A DNA stretch of 63,979 nucleotides, the filler included, from Choristocarpus tenellus KU-1152 (taxonomy: Eukaryota > Protista > Phaeophyceae): NCBI GenBank assembly GCA_964200185.2. It is 10 parts of 10 records of this genome, joined end to end, with 100 filler letters (N's around TTAATTAATTAA, not from the genome) between each part and the next. Parts side by side here need not be neighbours in the genome. Positions count along the whole stretch, not along the records: positions 60,013 to 63,979 come from CAXNAD020016878.1; 9 more parts are not named here. One strand, written 5' to 3'. Position 1 is the first letter of the stretch. Each line of letters starts with the position of its first letter. A model generated the notes under the pieces. It searched no databases. It was given only the letters and a program-made list of their open reading frames with translations, and was not told the DNA's origin. The position numbers and the translations under genes are program-made. Positions 63,788 through 63,979 of the stretch are shown here, piece after piece.

Positions 63788-63968
63788 GGCTCAAAGTATC
63801 TGGGGGGGGTGGCGGCTGTTCATTTGGAGCCAATTTTTTCATATCACTATTTTTATGTGATTTGGTTGCATATGTCGAATGGATAATGTAAGCGCACTTT
63901 TCCTGTTCGTGGTCTAAATGGACACCCTGGTGTGGACCCCCCCCCCCTTCCCCCAGATATTTTAATTA
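63788..63968 (-). mobile_element. MITE family A, full copy with decayed right TIR
   Basis: GGCTCAAAGTATCTGGGG...CCCCAGATATTTTAATTA; TSD ACA. Confidence 0.88.
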
Positions 63969-63979
63969 ACAACCAGAGG

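Overview
Eukaryotic genomic DNA, not prokaryotic. The window is a concatenation of 10 short contigs joined by nine artificial 100-bp spacers (44 N + TTAATTAATTAA + 44 N), so adjacency across spacers is not biological. Genes have short exons and long GT-AG introns, and the telomere-type repeat is TTAGGG. This is compatible with a brown alga or related stramenopile (inference only). Genes reconstructed by hand: the 3' end of an NAD(P) transhydrogenase, a divergent 8-exon Ser/Thr kinase, the 5' end of PLAA/Doa1 (WD40), a complete two-exon ZNF706/At2g23090-like zinc finger, six exons of an EML (HELP/WD40) gene with a GC-AG intron, the 5' end of CWC24/RNF113A, a 2.55-kb low-complexity exon and a few unidentified exon chains. 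The rest is mostly transposon-derived: decayed Copia, Gypsy, DIRS-like, Penelope-like and DD39D-mariner remnants, plus two abundant related MITE families (A about 180-190 bp, 13 copies; B about 240-300 bp, 9 copies) and rarer repeat families. The most unusual signal is more than 20 short interstitial (TTAGGG)n tracts. In three of them the telomere-like seed TTAGAGGG inside a MITE terminal inverted repeat has been converted in phase into (TTAGGG)2-4, and a separate TIR element family carries telomeric arrays internally.
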